DNA from: Gemmatimonadota bacterium | GTDB taxonomy: Bacteria; Gemmatimonadota; Gemmatimonadetes; Gemmatimonadales; GWC2-71-9 | NCBI GenBank assembly: GCA_039591655.1 | Contig: JBDHDE010000069.1 | Location: 1-12,971 of the forward strand | Length of the DNA: 12,971 nt | Direction: 5' to 3' | Part shown: one piece after another, positions 1-7,115 of the stretch | Layout of the letters: every line of letters starts with the position of its first letter | How positions within the stretch are numbered: position 1 is the first letter of the stretch | Made by a program: the position numbers and the translations under genes | Notes under the pieces: model-generated | What the model was told of the DNA's origin: nothing | Database searches by the model: none | What the model saw: only the letters and a program-made list of their open reading frames with translations

Positions 1-1
1 G

Positions 2-901
2 CATTCTGTTGATTTTCCGGTTACAGCAGGTGCGTTTGACCGGGAGTTTAACGGCGGGAGCGAATCCGGCGATGCTTTTGTCGTGGTGCTCGACAACAGC
101 CTTTCAACGTTGAAAGCCTCAACATATCTAGGCGGATCACATAACGAATGGCGGGTCGCCGTTCACGCGCTGGAGGATGGCGGGGTGCTTGTATGCGGCG
201 AAACGGAATCGAGTGATTTTCCTACCACCGCGACCGCCTACGACCGTACGTTGAACGTTATCAAGGATGTCTTCATAGCCCGCTTTGACGATGAACTTTC
301 GACACTCGAAGCGGCAACCCTGTTCGGCGGATCGAAGCTGGATGAGGCGCTCGATATCGAGCTTTCTGCCTCAGGCGAGATATTCATTACAGGGTACACC
401 GAATCCGAGGATTTGCCTGTCACAGCCGGGTCATACAGTGGGGCATGGGGCGGGGGTAGACGCGACGGCTATGCTGCGAAGTTCGATCCTGATTTGAGTA
501 CGTTGCTCAGTTCTACATTCTTCGGCGGTTCAGCGATCGACTTTCCGCGAGGGCTCGCGGTTGATCTTGAGGGAAACGTATACATAACCGGCAATACGAC
601 GTCGCGCGATTTCCCGGTTACGGACAACGCTCTTTCGGATCACTTTCGGGGCGGTTCGTATCGCGGTGACGTTTTTGTGCTCATACTCGACGGCAGTCTG
701 CGTGATATGAAGTATTCTGCTCTGATTGGCGGCGATGCTGAGGACACCGGATTCTGCATCGATGTCGACGCTCAGGGGAGTATTGTTATCGCGGGCAGTA
801 CGAATTCAGCCGATTTTCCGATGGGTCCGGATTCGTTCGACGATACGTATAACGGTGGGGCAAACGACAGCTTTGTGCTCGAGTTGTCTGGGGTGCGGTA
901 A
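2..901 (+). CDS. SBBP (seven-bladed beta-propeller) repeat protein, 5'-truncated by the window edge
   Basis: The frame is open from position 2 (HSVDFPVTAGAFDREFNGG...), so the GTG at 83 is internal. It has repeated units of the type 'STYLGGS..E....(I/V)YITG.T.S.DFP.T..AYD.T.NG...D.F', which are typical SBBP repeats. TAA stop at 899-901. Confidence 0.85.
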   Translation, partial: HSVDFPVTAGAFDREFNGGSESGDAFVVVLDNSLSTLKASTYLGGSHNEWRVAVHALEDGGVLVCGETESSDFPTTATAYDRTLNVIKDVFIARFDDELSTLEAATLFGGSKLDEALDIELSASGEIFITGYTESEDLPVTAGSYSGAWGGGRRDGYAAKFDPDLSTLLSSTFFGGSAIDFPRGLAVDLEGNVYITGNTTSRDFPVTDNALSDHFRGGSYRGDVFVLILDGSLRDMKYSALIGGDAEDTGFCIDVDAQGSIVIAGSTNSADFPMGPDSFDDTYNGGANDSFVLELSGVR

Positions 902-923
902 CGAGCGTGTCTGAGAGCGTTGT

Positions 924-958
924 AGCCGTCAGCTTTCAGCCGTCAGTTAGAAACTGAC
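924..958. repeat. Heptamer tandem repeat plus hairpin (REP/STRR-like intergenic element)
   Basis: AGCCGTC-AGCTTTC-AGCCGTC (924-944), overlapping the inverted repeat GTCAGTT (942-948) / AACTGAC (952-958), just after the SBBP stop. Confidence 0.45.
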
Positions 959-1193
959 AACCGAGGATTCCCACCGACTATCGCGCAGCGCGCCGAATCC
1001 GAAGCGCAACACTCGCATTTAAGAGTTTGCACGTTCACGCTCCCGTGACACATTGAGGAGAAGAATCTTCCGTCGGTGGCGTCCGGGCCTCCGCCGCCCG
1101 ACAGACGCCGCAGTACGACGCCCGCCCGACGACGAGGACCGCAGCCACTGACGGCAGCGAGACGTCCGTGCCTTACCAGCGGGAGGAATCCGG

Positions 1194-2285
1194 ATGAAGC
1201 ACAGACATCTGTCACGCAGGGACTTCGTCAAGACGAGTGCCGGCGTGGTTCTTGGGACCGCCGCTGGAGGCCTGACGCCAGCGTGGTATGGGGACCGTTC
1301 AGCGACAGAGAAGCCGATCGTCAGCGTCGTAAGGATCGGGAACGACAGGATCGATCTTGCAGTCGAAGCGGCCATTGACCTCCTCGGAGGTATTGAGACG
1401 GTGGCAAAGGGCAAAGATAGGATCATGCTCAAGCCCAACCTGGTGGCCGAGGGTCCGGACTTCACGACCAAACCGGGCGTGGTGAGAACGCTCGCCCAAC
1501 TCATGCAGCGGTCGGGAAAGGAAGTCCTGATCGGTGAAGGGTCGGCCGCGGGAGCCGGATTCAACGTCCGGGGCGATGTCACCTACAGGACGCGGAACCG
1601 CGAGATACTGGACGGCATGCAGCAGTACGTGTTCGACACCCTGGGCTACACTGACCTTGCCGGCTCTCTTCGGACTCCGCTCATCAACCTCCACTCGGGC
1701 GACATGGCTGAGGTCGAGGTGCCGAACGGACTCGTGTTCGACAAGATCACGCTGCACCAGTCGCTGACTGACATAGACCTGCTGTGCTCCGTTCCGATGA
1801 TGAAGACCCACGTACTGGCGACCGTGACGCTGGGCATGAAGAACCTGATTGGCCTGTATCCTGGAACGGTCTACTACTCGGTCAGGTCGTGGCTGCACGA
1901 CCAGGCGGCCATGGCCGAGTCGCCGGGCATTGCCTTCGAGACGATCGACATGGTCCGCGCCAGCAGGCTCGGGCTCACTGTCGTGGACGGGTCGATGGCG
2001 ATGGAAGGAGACGGCCCGACGGGTGGGAGTCTGGTGCCGATGAACTTGATCATCGCGGGAACGAACCCGCTGGCCACCGACATGGTCACGGCAGACATCA
2101 TGGGAGTGGGGGTGCAGGAAGTTCCCACGTTTGTATGGGCCTACCGCGCGGGTCTAGGACCCGCAAGCGTGAGGGACGTTGAAGTGAGGGGAGAGAGACT
2201 GGAGAACGTACGACGGCCATTCGTTAAGCCGAACGTGATCACCTGGGAGAGCATCAACAAGGCGTGGGGCGTGCAGGAGATCTAG
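1194..2285 (+). CDS. DUF362 domain protein with twin-arginine (Tat) signal peptide
   Basis: N-terminal SRRDFVK followed by a hydrophobic stretch. DUF362 motifs IMLKPNLV, FTTKPGVV, IGEG, KTH..ATVTLGMKNLIG, DG..AMEGDGP and NPLATD. SD GGGAGGA upstream. Confidence 0.85.
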   Translation: MKHRHLSRRDFVKTSAGVVLGTAAGGLTPAWYGDRSATEKPIVSVVRIGNDRIDLAVEAAIDLLGGIETVAKGKDRIMLKPNLVAEGPDFTTKPGVVRTLAQLMQRSGKEVLIGEGSAAGAGFNVRGDVTYRTRNREILDGMQQYVFDTLGYTDLAGSLRTPLINLHSGDMAEVEVPNGLVFDKITLHQSLTDIDLLCSVPMMKTHVLATVTLGMKNLIGLYPGTVYYSVRSWLHDQAAMAESPGIAFETIDMVRASRLGLTVVDGSMAMEGDGPTGGSLVPMNLIIAGTNPLATDMVTADIMGVGVQEVPTFVWAYRAGLGPASVRDVEVRGERLENVRRPFVKPNVITWESINKAWGVQEI

Positions 2286-2306
2286 CACCGGCTCCGTAAG
2301 AGGACA

Positions 2307-2861
2307 ATGAGACTCGCCGATCTCTTCCATTCCGTGGCGACCGGCCCAAAGCGCCGGCGCGAACTACTGACACCGCTCGGGCTTCTGATCTTCGGGAGCA
2401 CGCTGGCCGTCGTGATCGTCGGGGGCCTCTACACGGACCGGTGGCTGGATCTGCCGGCACTATTGCCGGGCCTCCCTGGGGCGGTCGTGGGAGCCCCGAT
2501 CCTGGCCGCCGGGGCGCTGCTGAGCGGATGGTGCGTGGCCCGGTTTGTCCGGGCTCGAGGCACGCCAGTTCCCCTGAACCCCCCGGAGGAGCTCATCGCG
2601 AGCGGGCCCTACGCGTGGGTTCGCAATCCGATGCTCACCGGGGTGTTCGGGGCGCTCGTTGGCCTGGGTCTGCTGGTGCATTCGGTGGGGATTACCGTCA
2701 TCTGGACGCCGGCCTACGTGCTCGTCCATGTGATTGAACTGAAGCGGGTAGAGGAGCCGGAGTTGACGCGGCGGTTCGGCGTGGCCTATACGGAGTACAA
2801 GGAGCGGGTCCCGATGTTCATCCCGCGGTTACGGCGCCGGCGCGTGGTGACGCCTAGCTAG
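2307..2861 (+). CDS. Isoprenylcysteine carboxyl methyltransferase / phospholipid methyltransferase (ICMT/PEMT) family membrane protein
   Basis: Several TM segments. Motifs GTPVP..PP..LIASGPYAWVRNPM and EEPEL..RFG..Y.EY..RVPMFIP. SD GAGGA. 21 bp downstream of the DUF362 gene. Confidence 0.85.
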   Translation: MRLADLFHSVATGPKRRRELLTPLGLLIFGSTLAVVIVGGLYTDRWLDLPALLPGLPGAVVGAPILAAGALLSGWCVARFVRARGTPVPLNPPEELIASGPYAWVRNPMLTGVFGALVGLGLLVHSVGITVIWTPAYVLVHVIELKRVEEPELTRRFGVAYTEYKERVPMFIPRLRRRRVVTPS

Positions 2862-2992
2862 GAACTGCTGGGGACGATAGCGCAGGGAGAGTGTGGGTGA
2901 GGTAACACGACAAAGCACGACAGCACCCCCCTCTGGATCAGAAGGGGCCTGGCGAAGGTGTTCTTAGCGCGGTGGGCTGGCAAGGAGTGGAG

Positions 2993-3808
2993 ATGAGACG
3001 CCCAACACTGGAGTTGCTGTGTTGTCCTGATTGTCACGCTGCACTTTCCCTGCGCGATGAGCGCGGCGATGAGACTATAGACGTGGGGGACTTGTTCTGC
3101 CCGCGGTGTGAGCGAAGCTTCTCCATCAGGAATGGCATTGCTCACTTCATATCTCCGCAAGAACCAGAGCGCCTCGACCACCGTATTGCTCGCTTCTATG
3201 ACTGGTTCTCGCACGTCTACGCCCTCTTCACCAAGGCGGCGTTCTTACCGTTTGGCGGAGAGCGTAGGGCGCGGAAGGAGGTCTTGGACCGGCTGGAGTT
3301 GAACGGTGGGCGCATTCTGGAGGTTTCGATAGGCTCCGGTGGGAATCTACCCTACCTGTTTGAATCGCCAAAGGTGGGTGAAGTCTATGGCCTGGACATC
3401 TCTGCCGGGCAACTGGTGCGCTGTAGTGGCTTCGTCACCAAGCGAGGTTGGTCGGTAGATCTCTTCCTGGGGACGGCGGAGGCGTTGCCGTTCAAGTCGG
3501 AATCGTTCGACAACGTCTTCCACATTGGCGGGATCAACTTCTTCTCGGAGAAGAAGAAAGCCATTGACGAGATGATCCGTGTCGCGCGGCCAGGAAGCAG
3601 AATTGTGATTGCCGACGAGTCGGAACGGATTGCACGACTCATCACTCGAATCCCCGGTTTCTCACGCTCGTTTCAGGGCAAGAAAGTGGACACGTCCGTG
3701 CCGGTTGACCTGGTGCCGGGTACAATGGAAGAGACACTGGTGGACGGCATATGGAAGGCGCATGGTCAGTATCATGGGTATTGTCTGGAATTCCGAAAGC
3801 CGGCATAG
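2993..3808 (+). CDS. Class I SAM-dependent methyltransferase with N-terminal Trm112-like zinc-binding domain
   Basis: ATG at 2993 follows SD AAGGAG (preferred over GTG 2972). N-terminus LELLCCPDC...GDLFCPRC..FSIRNGI is Trm112-like. SAM motif I variant ILEVSIGSG, then GLDIS, AEALPF...SFD and EM.RVARPG. Confidence 0.85.
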   Translation: MRRPTLELLCCPDCHAALSLRDERGDETIDVGDLFCPRCERSFSIRNGIAHFISPQEPERLDHRIARFYDWFSHVYALFTKAAFLPFGGERRARKEVLDRLELNGGRILEVSIGSGGNLPYLFESPKVGEVYGLDISAGQLVRCSGFVTKRGWSVDLFLGTAEALPFKSESFDNVFHIGGINFFSEKKKAIDEMIRVARPGSRIVIADESERIARLITRIPGFSRSFQGKKVDTSVPVDLVPGTMEETLVDGIWKAHGQYHGYCLEFRKPA

Positions 3809-3885
3809 CACTCCCGCAATCTCCTTGTTGAGCGTGCCCCCGCCGGGGGCTGCCGGCCTGGCGGAAAAGCAGAGGAGGATGAACC

Positions 3886-4101
3886 ATGGCTGAGAGCGTG
3901 TACAAGATGATCGAGCTGGTTGGGACCAGCACGGACTCCTGGGAGAAGGCAGCGGCCGCGGCGGTTGCCCGGGCGGGGCAGTCGCTCCGCGACCTTCGGG
4001 TAGCCGAGATCTCGGAACTGGACCTACAACTGAAGGATGGAAAGGTCAGTGCTTACCGGGCGAAAGTGAAGGTCTCCTTCAAGTACGAGGGTGGGGCCTA
4101 G
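3886..4101 (+). CDS. Dodecin family flavin/nucleotide-binding protein
   Basis: 71 aa, SVYKMIELVGTS..SWE.AA..AV..A..SLRDLR.AEI...D......KV..YRAKVKVSFKY, matching the dodecin signature. SD GAGGAGG. Confidence 0.93.
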   Translation: MAESVYKMIELVGTSTDSWEKAAAAAVARAGQSLRDLRVAEISELDLQLKDGKVSAYRAKVKVSFKYEGGA

Positions 4102-4146
4102 GCTGCTGCAGCCTAACACGCGCCTGCGGCTGCGGAGGAGCTGAAC

Positions 4147-4377
4147 CTACGCTGCCGATCCCTTCTCCTGCTCCGGCCGGAACCGCGGCACCGGTCGGCG
4201 CATGCCGCAACCCAGGCATTCCTCCACGACCTCCCCGGTCATGGCGTCGGTACCCATGTCCAGGCGGCCGTGACACTGCATACAACGGGTGGTCCGATTC
4301 AAGTCGCGAATGACGCGCTGTCCGCCGCGCTCTAGGAGGTGGCCCGCCAACTTGGACCGCAGATCACGCTTGCTCAT
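4147..4377 (-). CDS. Small zinc-ribbon-like protein (76 aa)
   Basis: ATG at 4377 preceded by AAGGGG. Sequence MSKRDLRSK...CMQC-x18-CLGC...; two CxxC pairs spaced like a Zn ribbon. The longer 4488 start is unsupported. Confidence 0.6.
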   Translation of the reverse strand: MSKRDLRSKLAGHLLERGGQRVIRDLNRTTRCMQCHGRLDMGTDAMTGEVVEECLGCGMRRPVPRFRPEQEKGSAA

Positions 4378-4634
4378 CGGACCCCTTATCCGGGCCGGCG
4401 CATCGTGTGACTCAACCACCAGTGTGTAGAGTCGTCTGGAGCTTCGTGTCACAGAGCCGGCACGCATCCTCATATACACCCCCCGCACGACTACCCCACG
4501 TCATGATCAACTTAACAGGAGAACACTCCCGAGGAGGTGCTGGACGTCACCGAACTCGAGGTGATCATCGGTGGCCGTTTGCCCCGGCACGGTCCGCCTG
4601 CCACACGGCTCGAGCGGCTTGCTGGCCAATCAAC

Positions 4635-4666
4635 AAGCGCCGGCTTGGAGGCCGGCGCTTCTCTTT
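4635..4666. terminator. Intrinsic terminator-like hairpin (possibly bidirectional)
   Basis: Perfect 10-bp stem AAGCGCCGGC (4635-4644) / GCCGGCGCTT (4651-4660) with a 6-nt loop. CTCTTT follows on +, GTTGATT on -. Lies 35 bp downstream of the minus-strand gene ending at 4696. Confidence 0.65.
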
Positions 4667-4695
4667 AGTCTTGCCTGACGTGAATCCGGGTGCTG

Positions 4696-5181
4696 CTATC
4701 GCACCATCTTAAAATCCCAGGTCGTGCTTGGGTCGATCTCCCGCGAGAGGGTCAACGTGTCGTTGGCGACTCCCCAAGTGAATGTCTCGGTCTCTTGCTC
4801 CGCCGGCGTCAGTGCAGTGCCGTTTCTTTCCTGAATCTCCAAGTACAGCTGATCGCCCTGGACGGTCGTCGCACCCTCCTCCGTGAAGACGACGTCATCG
4901 GCCTGATCGTGCTCCGCATACGACCACGTGTCATTGGTGTGGAGAGTCTTCGTGGCGCGATCCGCATACGTACTCGTCCCCGGCAGGCACGCGCTCTCGG
5001 CTCCCGGTTGGCAGGCGTAGTATGTGTCGAGATCTCGCGCTACGCCATTCTCCAACCAGCCGACATAGCGCCAGAGCCCAGCGAGTTGCGCCGGCGTGGT
5101 GAAGCTCAACTGAGTGCCGCAGTCGCCGCCGAGCAGCACTAGCGTCATGAGGATGGCAAGGGCTGAGCGGGTAGGGCGCAC
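4696..5181 (-). CDS. Exported lipocalin-like protein, possible lipoprotein
   Basis: GTG at 5181 has SD GAGGT upstream. Basic N-terminus, hydrophobic stretch, then Cys (LLGGDC, an atypical lipobox). LAGLW resembles the lipocalin GxW motif. Beta-strand-rich, ending ...W.V.NDTLTL. Confidence 0.6.
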   Translation of the reverse strand: MRPTRSALAILMTLVLLGGDCGTQLSFTTPAQLAGLWRYVGWLENGVARDLDTYYACQPGAESACLPGTSTYADRATKTLHTNDTWSYAEHDQADDVVFTEEGATTVQGDQLYLEIQERNGTALTPAEQETETFTWGVANDTLTLSREIDPSTTWDFKMVR

Positions 5182-5327
5182 GGTGTACCTCACTTTGCTG
5201 CGGGATGGCACAACGTATTGTCAGCGGCCCGCGGGAAACAGCAGAGGTTTTGTCGGGAAAACGGTCCTTCTTGGCAAGGCGGTGGCGGCGGGATGGCCGC
5301 GCTCTACCAGGGTTTCGCCCTGCCACC

Positions 5328-5645
5328 CTACGCCTGCCACACGGCGTAGCCTTCTCTCCGAAGGCGGTCGGCCAGGCGCTGCTCCTGCTCGACCGCCTTC
5401 TTGTACGTCATCGGGTTCAGGTGCTCGAAGTGCTGCGGCAGGAGCTTCACGCCGTAGCGGTACACGTAGGCGTTGGACTTGTGCCCGCGCTGGTGGTCCC
5501 TGAAGCGCTGCGCCGGCGTCTTGCCGGTCTCCCCCACGTACACGCACGGCTTGAGCGGGTCGCGATCGGGGTTGGCGTCCCGGAACCGCTTGTGGTTGAG
5601 CACCTCGTTGTCGAGCAGCACCACGTAGACGTTGTGGTGGGGCAT
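5328..5645 (-). CDS. Stand-alone GIY-YIG nuclease family protein
   Basis: VY (residues 6-7), YVGETG (36-41), R47 and H51 in AQRFRDH, and E88 in AVEQEQRL; 105 aa. Long insert between the two signature strands. Confidence 0.8.
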   Translation of the reverse strand: MPHHNVYVVLLDNEVLNHKRFRDANPDRDPLKPCVYVGETGKTPAQRFRDHQRGHKSNAYVYRYGVKLLPQHFEHLNPMTYKKAVEQEQRLADRLRREGYAVWQA

Positions 5646-5669
5646 GGTACGAATATGAGGTTTGTGCCC

Positions 5670-5704
5670 TTGACGTATCGTGTACTAAGTAGTACATACT
5701 ACAT
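5670..5704. promoter_or_regulatory. Divergent promoter/operator: TTGACG -35-like box and two overlapping inverted repeats
   Basis: TTGACG at 5670-5675. TGTACTA-AG-TAGTACA (5681-5696). GTAGTA-CA-TACTAC (5689-5702). AT-rich island in GC-rich DNA. No SD before ATG 5705. Confidence 0.65.
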
Positions 5705-6058
5705 ATGAGCTCATTCGGCAGCTACGCTCGCGACCGGCGCGAGCGCCTAAGACAAAGTGACGCAACGTTTTCCGTGCGTCAGGTAGCGATGCGGATCGGT
5801 GTGGAGCCCTCGTTCTTGAGCAAAGTCGAACGGGGGGAGGCGCCACCGCCCTCCGAGGCCAAGATCGTGGCCCTGGCCCAGGAGCTGGGTGAGGACCAGG
5901 ACATGCTCCTGGCGCTGGCGGGCAAGGTGTCGTCAGACCTGCAGGAGGCCATCCGCAAGCGACCGGAGCTGTTCGCGGCACTCATTAGGCAGCTCAAGGA
6001 CGCGCCGGATCGTGCAGTGCTCAGGATCGTGCGGGAGGTGCGCGACGGGAACTGGTAG
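5705..6058 (+). CDS. XRE/Cro-family helix-turn-helix transcriptional regulator
   Basis: FG...R.RR......S.RQVA.RIGVEPSFLSKVERGE..PPSE..I..LA..LG.D...LL.LAG is an HTH_3/XRE pattern, followed by a helical C-terminal tail. Confidence 0.9.
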   Translation: MSSFGSYARDRRERLRQSDATFSVRQVAMRIGVEPSFLSKVERGEAPPPSEAKIVALAQELGEDQDMLLALAGKVSSDLQEAIRKRPELFAALIRQLKDAPDRAVLRIVREVRDGNW

Positions 6059-6103
6059 GCTGTCACACCCCGAGCGCACTGTATACCGCACGGAGGAGGA
6101 GAG

Positions 6104-7102
6104 ATGATCGAGCTTAGTAGGGACGGACTGGCCGTACGTATTCCCGAGGTCCACCAGGACGCGGAGATGTGCATCGACTTCCAGCGCACGCTTCGCATCC
6201 CGGACGACGACAGGGAATACCCGCTGCCGGCGGGGCTGGGGCGGTTTCCGCTGCGTCACGTGGACGACTTCGCAGCCCGCGTTCCACAGCAGTGGGTGGA
6301 GCACGGCGGCGTGATGCTCCCCATGTACCAGTCGGAAGCGCTGTGGCTCAACTTCGGCGGCAGCTTCTATCCGTTCGCCGTGAAGATCGCGGCGGGGAAG
6401 ATCAACGCCGTGACCGGGGAGGCCTGGAGGGATGGGCTCAACCGGCACCCGCAGGACTACCTGGCCATCCCCGAGCAGCCGTGGCTCGACGGCTACTGCG
6501 TGGAGAAGGGAATCATCCGCCAGTTCGTGGCCATGCCGCTGGGGAGCGGATACAGCGCAGAGGAACAGATCACCGGCGAGGCCGAGCACGGCGGGCTGCA
6601 GATCGAAGTGTATCCCATGAAGCGGGAGGCGTATGAGCGCCTCATCGCACAGCGTGGGCGCGCTGCCCGTTTCGATACTGGCGAGGCCATGGCGCTTGGT
6701 GCGCCACTCGGTATGGCGTTCGCCCCGGGCGGGCGCATGCGGCAGGAAATCTACGACGACCCGTATCGCCTCGAGGACTGGGACCTGCGCCACAGGGCAC
6801 GCTGCTTCGTACACATCGCCAACTCCATGGTGTGGCGCGCGATCACCGGGCAGGCCCCGCCGACCGTGCCGCCCACGGCCAAGGAGTACCAACAGGCGGG
6901 GATCCCCTGGTTCGAGTACTACTCTGACGGCGCGAAGGCGGTCGGCGGCTCCAAGATTCTCGAGAAGCTCAAGAGCGTCACCCAGATGGGTAAGCAGAAG
7001 GGCGACGTGCCGCTGCCCGATAACGAGTCGGTCGAGCCGTACAGGATCGTCGAGCTGAGGAAGGGACTGAAGAAGGGGCAGGTGAGGGAGGGGGTGTTCT
7101 AG
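6104..7102 (+). CDS. Conserved hypothetical protein (FQRTLRIPDD...QPWLDG...RQFVAMPLG family), 332 aa
   Basis: Strong SD GGAGGAGG and high-GC3 codon usage. Blocks FQRTLRIPDD..YPLPAGLGRFPL, GGVMLPMYQSEALW, QDY...PEQPWLDG, IRQFVAMPLGSGY..E.Q.TG and Y..AGIPWF. No signal peptide or clear TM segment. Confidence 0.85.
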   Translation: MIELSRDGLAVRIPEVHQDAEMCIDFQRTLRIPDDDREYPLPAGLGRFPLRHVDDFAARVPQQWVEHGGVMLPMYQSEALWLNFGGSFYPFAVKIAAGKINAVTGEAWRDGLNRHPQDYLAIPEQPWLDGYCVEKGIIRQFVAMPLGSGYSAEEQITGEAEHGGLQIEVYPMKREAYERLIAQRGRAARFDTGEAMALGAPLGMAFAPGGRMRQEIYDDPYRLEDWDLRHRARCFVHIANSMVWRAITGQAPPTVPPTAKEYQQAGIPWFEYYSDGAKAVGGSKILEKLKSVTQMGKQKGDVPLPDNESVEPYRIVELRKGLKKGQVREGVF

Positions 7103-7115
7103 GGGTCGGTGCCCC

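Noticed and set aside
1..26. Third TGTAACC (minus strand, 25-19)
   Set aside because: Lies inside the SBBP coding sequence on the antisense strand, and the visible bases at the -10 position do not match GGTCA.
2862..2992. Possible attC site or riboswitch before the methyltransferase
   Set aside because: No paired RYYYAAC/GTTRRRY boxes and no recognisable aptamer; only a weak hairpin.
4537..4668. 43-aa + strand ORF (MLDVTELEVIIGG...) resembling a double-glycine bacteriocin/RiPP leader
   Set aside because: GAGGAG abuts the GTG with no spacing, an in-frame stop lies just upstream, and the ORF runs through the terminator hairpin. No peptidase-transporter or modification genes are in the window.
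5933..6892. 319-aa minus-strand ORF
   Set aside because: Antisense shadow of the 332-aa gene. Such shadows are common in GC-rich DNA, and it has no motifs.
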